In this document: piece after piece, positions 38,201 to 46,007 of the stretch
How positions within the stretch are numbered: the first letter of the stretch is position 1
How the letters are laid out: every line of letters begins with the position of its first letter
Source of the DNA: Phycisphaeraceae bacterium
GTDB lineage: Bacteria; Planctomycetota; Phycisphaerae; Phycisphaerales; Phycisphaeraceae
DNA length: 64,000 nucleotides
Direction of reading: 5' to 3'
Assembly: GCA_963674705.1 (NCBI GenBank)
Contig: OY771506.1
Span: 1,824,001-1,888,000 of the forward strand
Translations under genes and position numbers: made by a program
Notes under the pieces: generated by a model
Database searches by the model: none
Seen by the model: the letters and a program-made list of their open reading frames with translations, nothing else
What the model was told of the DNA's origin: nothing

Positions 38201-40336
38201 GCCACGACGACAATGACCATCCCGCAAGCTGCGCTCGAAGCCATGGCCGCCAACGGCTCGATACGCTTTGAGATTACACCCTCGGGGTCCGTCGCCAGCT
38301 ACCCGGACAGCTTCGTCACACTGGAACTGGATTACCCCGGTTTGCCCGGCCCGCGTTACGACACCTATGCGATCGAACTCGAAGCCGGCCAAACCTTCAA
38401 CGCCTATCTCGATCCCGATTATTACGGATTTGAGATGGCGTTGATCGATTCGGTCACGGGGCGGCCCGTTGAAGCAACACTCTCAGCAACGAATGACTAC
38501 GCGTTTCCGTTGGACTATACCGCCACAACTGCCGGACGATTCGACCTGCGGATTTACGCAAACTCAACTGAAGAATACCGCCTGACCATGCACCGTGGCG
38601 TCGCTTTCGACAGTTCCTTTATCGACACACCTGTGGCCGCCGCGATTAATCTCGACAATATCAGCAGCGCGTTGGGTTCTTTGCGATCCCCGGGCCCGGA
38701 ATCTTTGCTGGCCATCAGAGGTGTGCAGTCGTATGCCTCGACCTATACGATTGACACGCAGACATTTGAGTTTATCGAGCAGATCAATAACACCTTGATT
38801 AAAAGTCCGACGGGCCTCTTTCTTGCCCAGAATGTCACTTCCGATGGCGCATACATATTCGCACACAGTTCGCGCGGCCTGACGTATGTCATCGACCCGA
38901 ATTCAGGCGAAGTCATCGACAATATCAACATACAGTCTCAAAGCCTGCCGCGATACATCGGCTATTACAACGGCGAGCTGATCACCCTGGAAGTTGCCAA
39001 TGACGGTGCAAAGCACATCCTGTTTGTCAATCCGCAAACGGGCGAGGTGACACATCAACTCGACCTGCCTTCCAACTCCGACATCACTTATTACGATCTG
39101 GCGGGCGCCGCAACACGCGGCAGCATCTTTATCGTGGCGCGGGAAGTTGATAGCTACCACATCGAAGAATACGACGTCGCAACAGGACAACGCGTCAACC
39201 GCTTCGCACTGCTTTTTGATGGCCTAGCAACCCTGGCTTATGTCGATAACAAAGTCTTCAGCTTGAATTATCTGGAACGCACCATCCGGGCTTACGATCC
39301 CGATACCGGGCAGTTGCTTGCGTCACACACCTATTCTGAAGCTTCAATCGCCGATCGGGTCATGGCCATCGGCGGCGACGCACTCTTGCCCGTGATGCCG
39401 ACAGACCGCTATAGCCTTACGCTCAATGTAGGCGACTCGGCCACGCTCTGGACCGAAACGCCGTTCGACCATCCCTCGGGAATCCCGCTGAACGATCTGG
39501 ACCCCGCTATCCGGCTGCTTGACCCGCTCGGGAACATGGTTGCTTTCGACGATAACAGTGCCGCCGACGGCAATAACGCGTCCCTCAGCTTCACTGCAAC
39601 GATACCTGGCGTCTACACCATCGAGGTTCAGGCAACCGCCGGCTCCGGCGAATACCTGCTGCAAGTCGACGCCGATCGCGTCTTGCTTGGCGATCTTGAC
39701 GGCGACGGATTCGTCGGCCTTGCGGACCTGGACATCCTGCTTGGAAACTGGAACCTGACTGTTCCAGTTGGTGATCTTGCCTTGGGTGATGCATCCGGCG
39801 ATGGCTTCATCGGCCTGGACGATCTCGACCTGATACTAGGCAACTGGAATGCGTCCCTTCCGCCAACGCAAATCGAAGGCGATCTCGATATCGACGGCTA
39901 CGTGGGTCTGAACGATCTGGACATCGTGCTCGGAAATTGGAACACCGATGCCACGGCAGATCAACGGTCCGATCCGTCGGGCGACGGTTTCGTCGGCCTT
40001 GATGACCTTGATCTCGTGCTGAATAACTGGAACGAGGGAACGCCACCTGCTACTGAGATGCTTGTAGTGTCGGCTAGTGAATCGGTTGAATCCGCAAGCG
40101 CCGCGTCAACTTCCACACGTTCCGTAGCCAAAACAAACAAACGACCATGGCAGACACAGCACAGCAACGACGTTACTGCTCATCACCAACGCGACACACA
40201 CGCCCCGGCCGTTGCATCGTCATGGCTTTATATGAACCAGCATAGCCAACGTGCCAGCGATGAAGCATACCTGCCATGGACTATACAGCAGCAGGACCAG
40301 CCTGCGGTACTCGGCTTGTGGGAGGAACACGAGTAA
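32270..40336 (+). CDS. Giant multidomain surface protein (LEPR-xLL leader, PPC-like/Ig-like repeats, propeller-like segment, dockerin-like repeats)
   Basis: LEPLEPRVLLS; repeated DxYxFxxxAGD...GxYxI modules; PRIIxS/FSEP Ig modules; four GDxxGDGFVGLxDLDxxLxNWN repeats. Confidence 0.85.
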   Translation: MWGNKAGGPVLGVAGDKRQHLVKSHLSASRNLQGLEPLEPRVLLSGSGVSDVLIDPISASGKEVLASVVGNNVVLEQTQYNNFFKPNIITFDFPIEPSAVNGRIDITALSDLDATGEVVAFDIEGIVSGELWTGTDDGVRPFTATINLTDADLAAIAADGNLHIEFTPNSNVDDFYDVDEYVTVSLSYEGTPAPITLTPVTPRLMGAYQGSVNGTFENSSEVNAYSVTLEAGQSLRLEAVPHFDQSLVLQVLDPTGAVIYSGGSAFAGGPILPQSVAVNSDGNYTIIVMPDAGSAGPYALNVFVNEWIEYESIGGAQGDSLDTAQDVNDYFRDLGHGIEQAVIRGSIPTYSVKGNASDSYTYTESFENGVLPDSWEVTAGAGTIVSSAYGAADGSYALLMHSPTVSDRLNEVVWTIDLDPGRKTTLTFDYAEWADSFDPLPYSYTGSANGDGVSISPDGITWYRVFDAWNTPLGSWNSTYSISLNSIARYNGFSLGADTRIKFQQYGGFALPNDGRGYDKIRIDVRSDFEFYNSTSDYYSFTLDAGDRISLNLENLGSAGASFMLFNPNGESVTDSIIYRQDGYTWLTDFQAQIAGTYTVSVIHSYNYLLSITKNGSVEVQTNNALTGAQQMGQTDRALGALDDANPSDFYIIPVQAGDILTIETTTPGGGISGLNNLDPGLSLYLPDETLLMVDSNGAADGRNALITHTATETGEYYIQISRSTGEGQYTLSVDGATGVVDEPLKILADTVSIADDSVFTTKPYLLTFKVDGLIAAQSVDLSDLLINGAPTAESVVIRNDGLWFRIPETALLQGQNTLTLAAGQISDLQGNANEELGINFYLDDIFPRIIESSILAGDILPAGETTITVKFSEPVLMPELLAGRFVNYYSSIGIESTIAYNQDTYEFTATFYNLIEGQYYFRINDSVVGYITDQVGLQLDGEPATGTTVPSGNGLEGGAFSIPFYIEDGSSEPLIPTVDNIEHLADFVYEATFSDLPVFVGDENRFTFNLVSGQNLTVTIDDRPGLSRVDLEVYAPDGTMIASTVGGAAEIYDLDITASGTYTLLTRCTRLGPTPTYYQYYNGRIRVNAVHEDELPDDWTNDDIATAEDINPYFFTLDDGVDQAVVLGQLPYDPYNESFETGHFGPNWQSVVVGNSANSRLFPTDDFGGADGDYALAMSTTSFNNGYLLNEAIWTVDLTGFNEAGLSFSHKMWQDDSDVLPEVFEGHYNGDGVAISADGIVWYTLLNAPDELSSNWYDYEFDLLAASAAAGITPGQDFKIKFQQYGYAPISTGGQLYDDIRIVTSPSPVKAHDVYRVDLAAGQELSSAVYGGNEPIGVEVLDSLGNPLAAGEADWWDEAKGSIRGFIAPTEGSYYLRITGYWDPYTLTITRGATYVPEPALASDSISLGPSGKMVSAFYEADATQTDNYHFNVNAGDELSIWTTTPDFLPLSPVNTLNTYLQLYGPDNQLIVESGSGGAGLNAAINHTATQSGTYTVKLNGVNTLPDEPAGLQGGYILHVVGNTGSPSPLLADTTDFEDGQQYTDLPTGVTVQFSEPIRLDSLSPSDLIINGVPAESVEIIDGNTVIFNSETGFVQGVNSLILEDGSILGLDGRSVLGFSRQFTLDSIAPRIISSTITDGDMLEPGRILMSFTFDDALDLSNLSVSGVQISSNQYYYPRPTIDYFEYDPDTSILSIGFDTEYEGEFILTLYDHGFTDLAGNQLDGENPGAAIPPGVSGDGTAGGDFVVAFEIDRDTYAGINEPAPLAPSGSLAYVSQNHGALNAGDDVDFFEVFVQAGQTVTARLSALYNDSYLMYLTGPDGQTVQGEAGDPIFFTYTNDGPDTTVSFDVYGDATYEAYNFDVYINTVSESSLPYLPGGSDAVYDLSGLWQSQTGLYGTTTIIGTSQPDFRSTVTGIQASITRYISLSSAVAPIGDGTLTITAMGDLEASDKYLTINFEDQFTEQVFVLDGLEGIPATTTMTIPQAALEAMAANGSIRFEITPSGSVASYPDSFVTLELDYPGLPGPRYDTYAIELEAGQTFNAYLDPDYYGFEMALIDSVTGRPVEATLSATNDYAFPLDYTATTAGRFDLRIYANSTEEYRLTMHRGVAFDSSFIDTPVAAAINLDNISSALGSLRSPGPESLLAIRGVQSYASTYTIDTQTFEFIEQINNTLIKSPTGLFLAQNVTSDGAYIFAHSSRGLTYVIDPNSGEVIDNINIQSQSLPRYIGYYNGELITLEVANDGAKHILFVNPQTGEVTHQLDLPSNSDITYYDLAGAATRGSIFIVAREVDSYHIEEYDVATGQRVNRFALLFDGLATLAYVDNKVFSLNYLERTIRAYDPDTGQLLASHTYSEASIADRVMAIGGDALLPVMPTDRYSLTLNVGDSATLWTETPFDHPSGIPLNDLDPAIRLLDPLGNMVAFDDNSAADGNNASLSFTATIPGVYTIEVQATAGSGEYLLQVDADRVLLGDLDGDGFVGLADLDILLGNWNLTVPVGDLALGDASGDGFIGLDDLDLILGNWNASLPPTQIEGDLDIDGYVGLNDLDIVLGNWNTDATADQRSDPSGDGFVGLDDLDLVLNNWNEGTPPATEMLVVSASESVESASAASTSTRSVAKTNKRPWQTQHSNDVTAHHQRDTHAPAVASSWLYMNQHSQRASDEAYLPWTIQQQDQPAVLGLWEEHE

Positions 40337-40745
40337 AACTTCGCGGTTCTCACTTATGATCGCCTTATGCCGAGACTTGGAGCATACGCAAGCCTAGTCA
40401 CCTTTGTTCAGAGGCTTTGCCATTGAAGTTGACGTTTGGGAGTTCGAGACATCGTAGGGGCTCCGATTCTCGCCTGTTGGCGATTGACGGGCACACACCA
40501 CGCGGGAATTGTATCACATCAAAGTGTTGCTCAATTCGCCAATTTATACAGGTTGTTCCGAAACCTCTAGGTGCGCGGTCTCTGTACCTTTGCTTCGCTA
40601 CGAGACCTCTTCGTATGGCAAAAAACCGTTGAAAATGCCTTGGCCATGCAGTCGCAAGCCGCTGGGCCGGTACAGCTGTTTAATCGATATCGCCAGACAA
40701 ATCACAGTTCGCGGGCAATACAGATCATGCTACTGCTCTGCCACT

Positions 40746-42299
40746 TCATCGTATTTGATCGGTCAAGCCCGTACGATTGTCGGTGCGGAATGGTGACGCA
40801 GGCAGCCCTTCGCGATTGATCAGATTCGCACGATTGGGGTTATCCGCCCAAGCGTAACGCACGGCGTCGATTTTAAAATTACCTGGTGCATGCAAAATCA
40901 CCTCGTCTCCTTGGATCATAGCCTCAGCCCAGACAAATGCTCCATCCACCGGCGCAACCGCAAAGCCCCGCAATGGTTCATCATCGCGCGTGGCGAGGCC
41001 AGATCCAACGTGATCGAATCTGACCACGGCTTCACTTCCTTTGATCTGTACATCCTCGACCAAGGGCCCACTGGGCACGACGTTCAGACGGTAGACGTCG
41101 TGCAACGCTGACAGAGCGAGGCGATGACCAACGGTCTTCTTGTCACGGGGGTGGATATCGTCCGCTTCGCCGACATCGATCGTGACAATTAGGCCGGTGT
41201 TCGGCACCTGCCGCAACGTAAGCAACTGACCTTCACGCAACTCAGACCAGGTACTGGGTTCAACCGCCTCGGCCTGTTCAGGTCCGAAGCCGGGCAATTG
41301 CACGATCAAAAATGGAAAATCGCCCTGCCCCCAATGGGTGCGCCAATCTTTAATAAGCAGCGGCAACTGCCAACGATATTGATACGCGCGATTGCGATTA
41401 GTCTCACCCTGGTACCACGCTACACCACGGATGCCGAAGGGTATCAACGGCTCAATCATCCCGTGAAACAACCCGGACGGACGATGCGGGTGATTGGGAC
41501 GGCCGAACGCCGGCTTCTTGGGCTTCTTCGATTCCGGATTTGGGTTGGCCGCTTGCGCCGCATCCCAATCGGCGACGGTTTGTTCCCAGTCCGCAATTTG
41601 TTGATCGAACGTCGCAGTCGCCTCGTCCCATCGTTCCACGATCGGCCGCGTCTCTTTATTCGACAGCATTACGTCACGCGTGGTCCATGCCTCGGCAGGC
41701 GTGCCGCCCCACGCTGACTGGATGACCCCGACCGGAACATCCAGTTCCTTGCGCAACTCGGAACCAAAAAAGTATCCGACGGCGCTGAACTGCCGCGCCG
41801 TCTGCGGCTGACACAACTGCCACGTGCCTTCAACAGAGAACACCGGCTGAAAAGACTGTTGACGTGCAACCTGGAACAACCGCAGATGCACGTCGCTGGC
41901 CTGCTCCACTTCAGATGTCGCATGCTGAGCCTTCTCGAGCTTGAATTCCATATTGGACTGCCCCGAACACAGCCAAACCTCGCCGACGAGGATATCGGTC
42001 AGTTCGATGGTGTTCTGACCTACAATGCGCATAGTAAGCGTTTTGTCTTGCGCCGTTGTCGCAGACAGCGGATCAAGCGTGATACACCATCGGCCTTCAT
42101 CGTCTGCGGAGATATCGTGTGTCTGCCCCGCGATGATGACTGTGACACGCTCCCCCGGGTCGGCCTCACCCCAGATCGGCAACGGCCGGTCGCGCTGCAG
42201 TACCATGTGATCGCTGATGATCGCCGGCATTCGCACTTCTGCGTACACGGGACTCAACGCGTGAAGCAAGAACAGCAATAGTATGAAGGTACGCATCAT
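40746..42299 (-). CDS. Sialate O-acetylesterase family (SASA) esterase
   Basis: MVLQR, GEVWLCSGQSNM, FSAVGY, WGGTPAEAW, WYQGE, DIHP, VRYAW, LPASPFRTD. Confidence 0.92.
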   Translation of the reverse strand: MMRTFILLLFLLHALSPVYAEVRMPAIISDHMVLQRDRPLPIWGEADPGERVTVIIAGQTHDISADDEGRWCITLDPLSATTAQDKTLTMRIVGQNTIELTDILVGEVWLCSGQSNMEFKLEKAQHATSEVEQASDVHLRLFQVARQQSFQPVFSVEGTWQLCQPQTARQFSAVGYFFGSELRKELDVPVGVIQSAWGGTPAEAWTTRDVMLSNKETRPIVERWDEATATFDQQIADWEQTVADWDAAQAANPNPESKKPKKPAFGRPNHPHRPSGLFHGMIEPLIPFGIRGVAWYQGETNRNRAYQYRWQLPLLIKDWRTHWGQGDFPFLIVQLPGFGPEQAEAVEPSTWSELREGQLLTLRQVPNTGLIVTIDVGEADDIHPRDKKTVGHRLALSALHDVYRLNVVPSGPLVEDVQIKGSEAVVRFDHVGSGLATRDDEPLRGFAVAPVDGAFVWAEAMIQGDEVILHAPGNFKIDAVRYAWADNPNRANLINREGLPASPFRTDNRTGLTDQIR

Positions 42300-42652
42300 C
42301 AGAATGAACCTTTAAAACGACTCTTCCTTATGGCCTTCACCCGGCTACAACGCCGGACCCGCTGCTACACTATGACGAAGAAGCCGCAAAGTGTGTTGAT
42401 TGTTCGAGGTCGTATACCATCCCCATATGTATCATAATGTGCTTATCCGCCTCAACTGGCTGCAGATTCTTGACATCTGCACCCACCAATCAAGAATAAA
42501 GTAGATAACCTAGCCCCCGGAAGCGTCCCCGTCGACTTCGCGTTGATGGAGGCGTTTTATTTTTAAGTTTTACATGCTCGAAATCTGCCGGCGGTGAAGA
42601 AGACGTAGATGGCATACCCCGACCACGCTCCGTGCTTTGTTAGAATAAGGTC

Positions 42653-42892
42653 ATGAAAGAGCAGATCACGATCCGCGTGTTTGAAGATCCTACGGTCCCC
42701 ACCGCCCGTGTCAGCGGACGCTACTTCCCCGAGCAGATCGAGGGCTGGGACGTGGACACCGGCGTTACCATCCCGCTGATCGAAGAAAACGCAGGGCGCC
42801 TCTTCGGCATCATAGACAAGGTTGATCCCCAGCCACATGAAGACGATCAGGGGCACCGCTACCGCACCGCAACGGTTTGGATCCAAGACTGA
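42653..42892 (+). CDS. Small hypothetical protein (79 aa)
   Basis: AAGG before ATG; genome-like codon usage; no recognised motif. Confidence 0.5.
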   Translation: MKEQITIRVFEDPTVPTARVSGRYFPEQIEGWDVDTGVTIPLIEENAGRLFGIIDKVDPQPHEDDQGHRYRTATVWIQD

Positions 42893-42944
42893 GTATCTTA
42901 CGCGTGAAAAGGTAAGTTATAGTAGGCGCAAAAGGAGTCGGCTC

Positions 42945-43937
42945 ATGGATCGACGCGAATTCCTCTTATCCCTGCTTGCCGCAAGTGTTTCAACCGAATT
43001 CATCCGCCCATCAGCTGTTCAAGCCTCGGATACCCTTGGCGGTGTACTGCCCCAGAGGATCTTGGGACGAACAGGAGAGTCTGTTACCGCACTAGGACTA
43101 GGCGGTTACCACATTGGTTGGACTACCGAAGAACTGGCCCAGGCAACGATTGAGAAAGCCCTTGAGGAGGGGGTTCGATTCTTCGATACCGCCGAGAGCT
43201 ATGGGCCGGGAACCAGCGAAGAGCGGTATGGCAGGTACCTGACACCGAAGTACCGCGATCTAATATTCTTGATGACCAAAACAACGGCTAAGGATGCAAA
43301 AACAGCGCGAGAACACCTCGAAGGTTCCCTAAGGCGTCTTAAAACCGACCGGCTTGACCTCTGGCAGTTTCACAGCCTCATGTCACCCTCGGATGTGGAT
43401 ACCCGTATCTCCGAGGGTGTGTTGGATGTTGTGAGTCAGGCAAAGCTGGAGGGTAAGGTTCGGCATATTGGCTTCACCGGCCATGCGAGCCCGGCCGCGC
43501 ATCGGCGTATGCTCGAAGTGGCGGGGGATGCGTTCGCTGTGTGTCAGATGCCGATCAACCCGGTCGATGCCGGCGCTGAGAACAGCTTCATCGAATCGGT
43601 TCTCCCCGGGTTGGTCGAACGACAATACGGGATGCTGGCCATGAAGACGCTGGCGGATGGTCGGTTCTTCGCGCAGAAAAAAATGAATGAACGGATGGTA
43701 TGGGAAAGCGATGACCCGGTTATCCCCAACCGACTGTCGGTCGCCGACTGTATTCACTTTGCACTATCTCTACCGATCTCTGTTCTGATTACCGGAGCTG
43801 AGAACCCGTCGTTGCTGGTTGAGAAAGCGAATCTGGTAAGGAAGTTCAAGGAACTGACCGATTCGGACCGCGTTGCTTTGGCCGAAAAAGTGTCCGCCGA
43901 CTCGAAGTCAGACAAGGTTGAGTATTACAAAACCTGA
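42945..43937 (+). CDS. Tat-exported aldo/keto reductase
   Basis: SD AAGGAG; MDRREFL Tat motif; LGLGG, FFDTAESYG, SLRRLKTDRLDLWQFH, IGFTGH. Confidence 0.9.
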   Translation: MDRREFLLSLLAASVSTEFIRPSAVQASDTLGGVLPQRILGRTGESVTALGLGGYHIGWTTEELAQATIEKALEEGVRFFDTAESYGPGTSEERYGRYLTPKYRDLIFLMTKTTAKDAKTAREHLEGSLRRLKTDRLDLWQFHSLMSPSDVDTRISEGVLDVVSQAKLEGKVRHIGFTGHASPAAHRRMLEVAGDAFAVCQMPINPVDAGAENSFIESVLPGLVERQYGMLAMKTLADGRFFAQKKMNERMVWESDDPVIPNRLSVADCIHFALSLPISVLITGAENPSLLVEKANLVRKFKELTDSDRVALAEKVSADSKSDKVEYYKT

Positions 43938-43968
43938 TTCCAGCTCACGCCGCCAAATATGCCGATAC

Positions 43969-44865
43969 CTACGTGTGCTCAATGATCCAGTCGAGCACAT
44001 CGTGTTGCGGCCTGTAGTTCAGAACACCTCTGGCCTTACTGTCGTTAAGCTGCCAGGAATACCAAGATAACGGCTGATCCTCAATCTCCCATCCGAGTTT
44101 GTTCGCCAGCCTCGTCGTCATCGTGTCAGATGAGTAAGCAGAAGGTCCCGCGAAAATGAAGTCATCGCCCCGCGCCACATCCTGTTCTATAGCAAGCATC
44201 ATTCCGTCGATGACATCATCGATGATGATGTCGTGCCGGACCAACGGCTGGTTATCACGGTCAAGTTTCCGCATGACCACCTTCCGAGACCGATCCACCC
44301 AACCTGCAAGATTCCCCGCAACCAGGGACTCGGTCCAGATCAAGGGAAAGCGTGTGATGACGACCGGCACACCATGCTCCAGGTAGTATTGACGGCTGAT
44401 TTCTTCCTCTGCGATCTTGAACAGCCCGTAGTATCCGTCGGCAGCATGCTTGGGATGATGTTCGTTGATCGGGCCCGGATGGTGCGTCTGGGTGTGACCG
44501 AAAACATTGTCAGCGCTACCCACGATAACCCGCTTCAGCGGTTTATCTTTGCAGGCTTCAAGTAGATTTACTGCTCCGCGCAGGCAGCAATTGAACCACT
44601 TCTCACATGGATCAGCCCCGGGCCCTGCTCCGCCACGGACCAAATGACAAACAGCGTCAACACCTTCCACAGCCTTGATCAGTGCGTCCTTGTCCAGGGT
44701 GTTGCCTTGAACAACTTCCAGACCGGCACGGGGTTCGACTGGGCTGTTGAATTGCAGGGCCCGGACCTCATAGCCGTCGTTCAGCAGACGGGGGATCAGT
44801 CGGCTGCCGATATTCCCGTTGGGTCCGATGATCAATACTTTGTCGATGTCAGGATGCTTGGGCAC
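43969..44865 (-). CDS. NAD-dependent epimerase/dehydratase (extended SDR)
   Basis: GPNGNIGS, YGLFKIAEE, ITRFP. Confidence 0.85.
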   Translation of the reverse strand: MPKHPDIDKVLIIGPNGNIGSRLIPRLLNDGYEVRALQFNSPVEPRAGLEVVQGNTLDKDALIKAVEGVDAVCHLVRGGAGPGADPCEKWFNCCLRGAVNLLEACKDKPLKRVIVGSADNVFGHTQTHHPGPINEHHPKHAADGYYGLFKIAEEEISRQYYLEHGVPVVITRFPLIWTESLVAGNLAGWVDRSRKVVMRKLDRDNQPLVRHDIIIDDVIDGMMLAIEQDVARGDDFIFAGPSAYSSDTMTTRLANKLGWEIEDQPLSWYSWQLNDSKARGVLNYRPQHDVLDWIIEHT

Positions 44866-44988
44866 GATCAGGTTCCATAGAAATTGATTCAGGATCTTCG
44901 CTCAGAAGTACTACCTTAGACGGGCATAGAAAAGCCGCAACCTCACCCCCGCAATTTCGCAGTGAAGAGCGTACAGATTCCAATGAAT

Positions 44989-45022
44989 AAGCCCTCCGCA
45001 ACCTGTTGGTTGGGAGGGCTTT
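44989..45022 (-). terminator. Hairpin just beyond the displaced tRNA 3' end (likely original tRNA-Gly terminator)
   Basis: aagccctccgcaacc / ggttgggagggctt stem immediately outside the left att repeat. Confidence 0.55.
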
Positions 45023-45025
45023 ACA

Positions 45026-45071
45026 AAAGCGGGTGATGAGATTTGAACTCACGACATTCACGTTGGCAACG
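45026..45071. repeat. att site (duplicated 3' part of tRNA-Gly), 46 bp
   Basis: aaagcgggtgatgagatttgaactcacgacattcacgttggcaacg identical to 60318-60363. Confidence 0.95.
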
Positions 45072-45314
45072 CCTTTCGCTTCCCTAGCTTCCGCGACGTA
45101 ATTCATTTACTAACAACATAATACCGTGCGTTACCCGGTGCAACATCCGTTGCATATCCAACAATTGTTGCGCGCCCGTAACGCGCCGTTCCGATCCTGG
45201 GGGCTATCCGGGATATCTCCGCGCATATCAGTTAACGAGCACTATTGAGCACTAACGAGCGAATTCTGAATCCGCCATCTAGGAACAGAGATCGTGTTCG
45301 GGCATGATGCATGA

Positions 45315-45623
45315 ATGACCGAGCCCGACACAAATACCGACCAGCTTCTGTCACTGGCTGAGGCAGCACAGCTATGTCCGGGGACACCTTCCAGAACAAC
45401 ACTCTGGCGTTGGTGCACACGTGGCGTGCAAGACGGAAGGGTGATCCTTGAACATAGACGGTTCGCCGGGCGATTATTTACCTCTCAACGATGGCTCGAT
45501 GAGTTCGGTAAAGAATCCGCAAATCTGTATATCGAGAATACATCGCATCGAAGTCAACAGATATCACAGCACAAAGAACGGTCAGAGCGAGCAAGTGAAG
45601 AAGCTATCAGATTATGTATTTGA
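45315..45623 (+). CDS. DUF1580-like HTH (excisionase/AlpA-like)
   Basis: LLSLAEAA..CP..PSRTTLWRWCTRG...LE..RFAGRLFTS..WLDEF. Confidence 0.8.
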   Translation: MTEPDTNTDQLLSLAEAAQLCPGTPSRTTLWRWCTRGVQDGRVILEHRRFAGRLFTSQRWLDEFGKESANLYIENTSHRSQQISQHKERSERASEEAIRLCI

Positions 45624-45716
45624 TCGCAGTTGGTCCAATAATTGACAGTGGATCTGAACAATCAAATTCTTTGAATAAAATATAGATTGAAATGCCGCCC
45701 ATTGAAAGGAGATTGT

Positions 45717-45986
45717 ATGCACAATATGTACAAGAACGTTTATGAAATGGACACTCAGTATGCTCTTGAGTGCGTAGAATCCATATATCTAGCAATGTTA
45801 TTCAGAGTATCAATCAAAGGGATTGATCTGTGGTGTGGCCGCTATCGAATGCCATACGACATTGTTGATGGGAAGCGGATCCACAATATGGACGAAATTA
45901 AGTACTGGGCTTATGACAGGGGGAACTTACTGAGAGCAGCGTTGGGTACCCCACCAGGCGAGTTCTTCGCTTTTAATGACGACTAA
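45717..45986 (+). CDS. Small hypothetical protein, possible Xis-like HTH
   Basis: SD AAAGGAG; LAMLFRVSIKGIDLWC...MPYDIVDGKRIHNMDEIKYW resembles the MerR/Xis-type pattern. Confidence 0.55.
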   Translation: MHNMYKNVYEMDTQYALECVESIYLAMLFRVSIKGIDLWCGRYRMPYDIVDGKRIHNMDEIKYWAYDRGNLLRAALGTPPGEFFAFNDD

Positions 45987-46007
45987 TATCCAACCCGATT
46001 GAAACCA

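Noticed and set aside
39680..40035. Repeated ggcgacgg..ttcgtcggcct DNA as a tandem-repeat element
   Set aside because: Explained by protein-level dockerin-like repeats.
40337..40745. Short ORFs between the giant gene and the esterase
   Set aside because: No SD or motif support, and the frames overlap each other.
45026..45071. Second tRNA gene
   Set aside because: Only the 3' 46 bp are present, with no D-arm or 5' acceptor strand; it is the att duplication.
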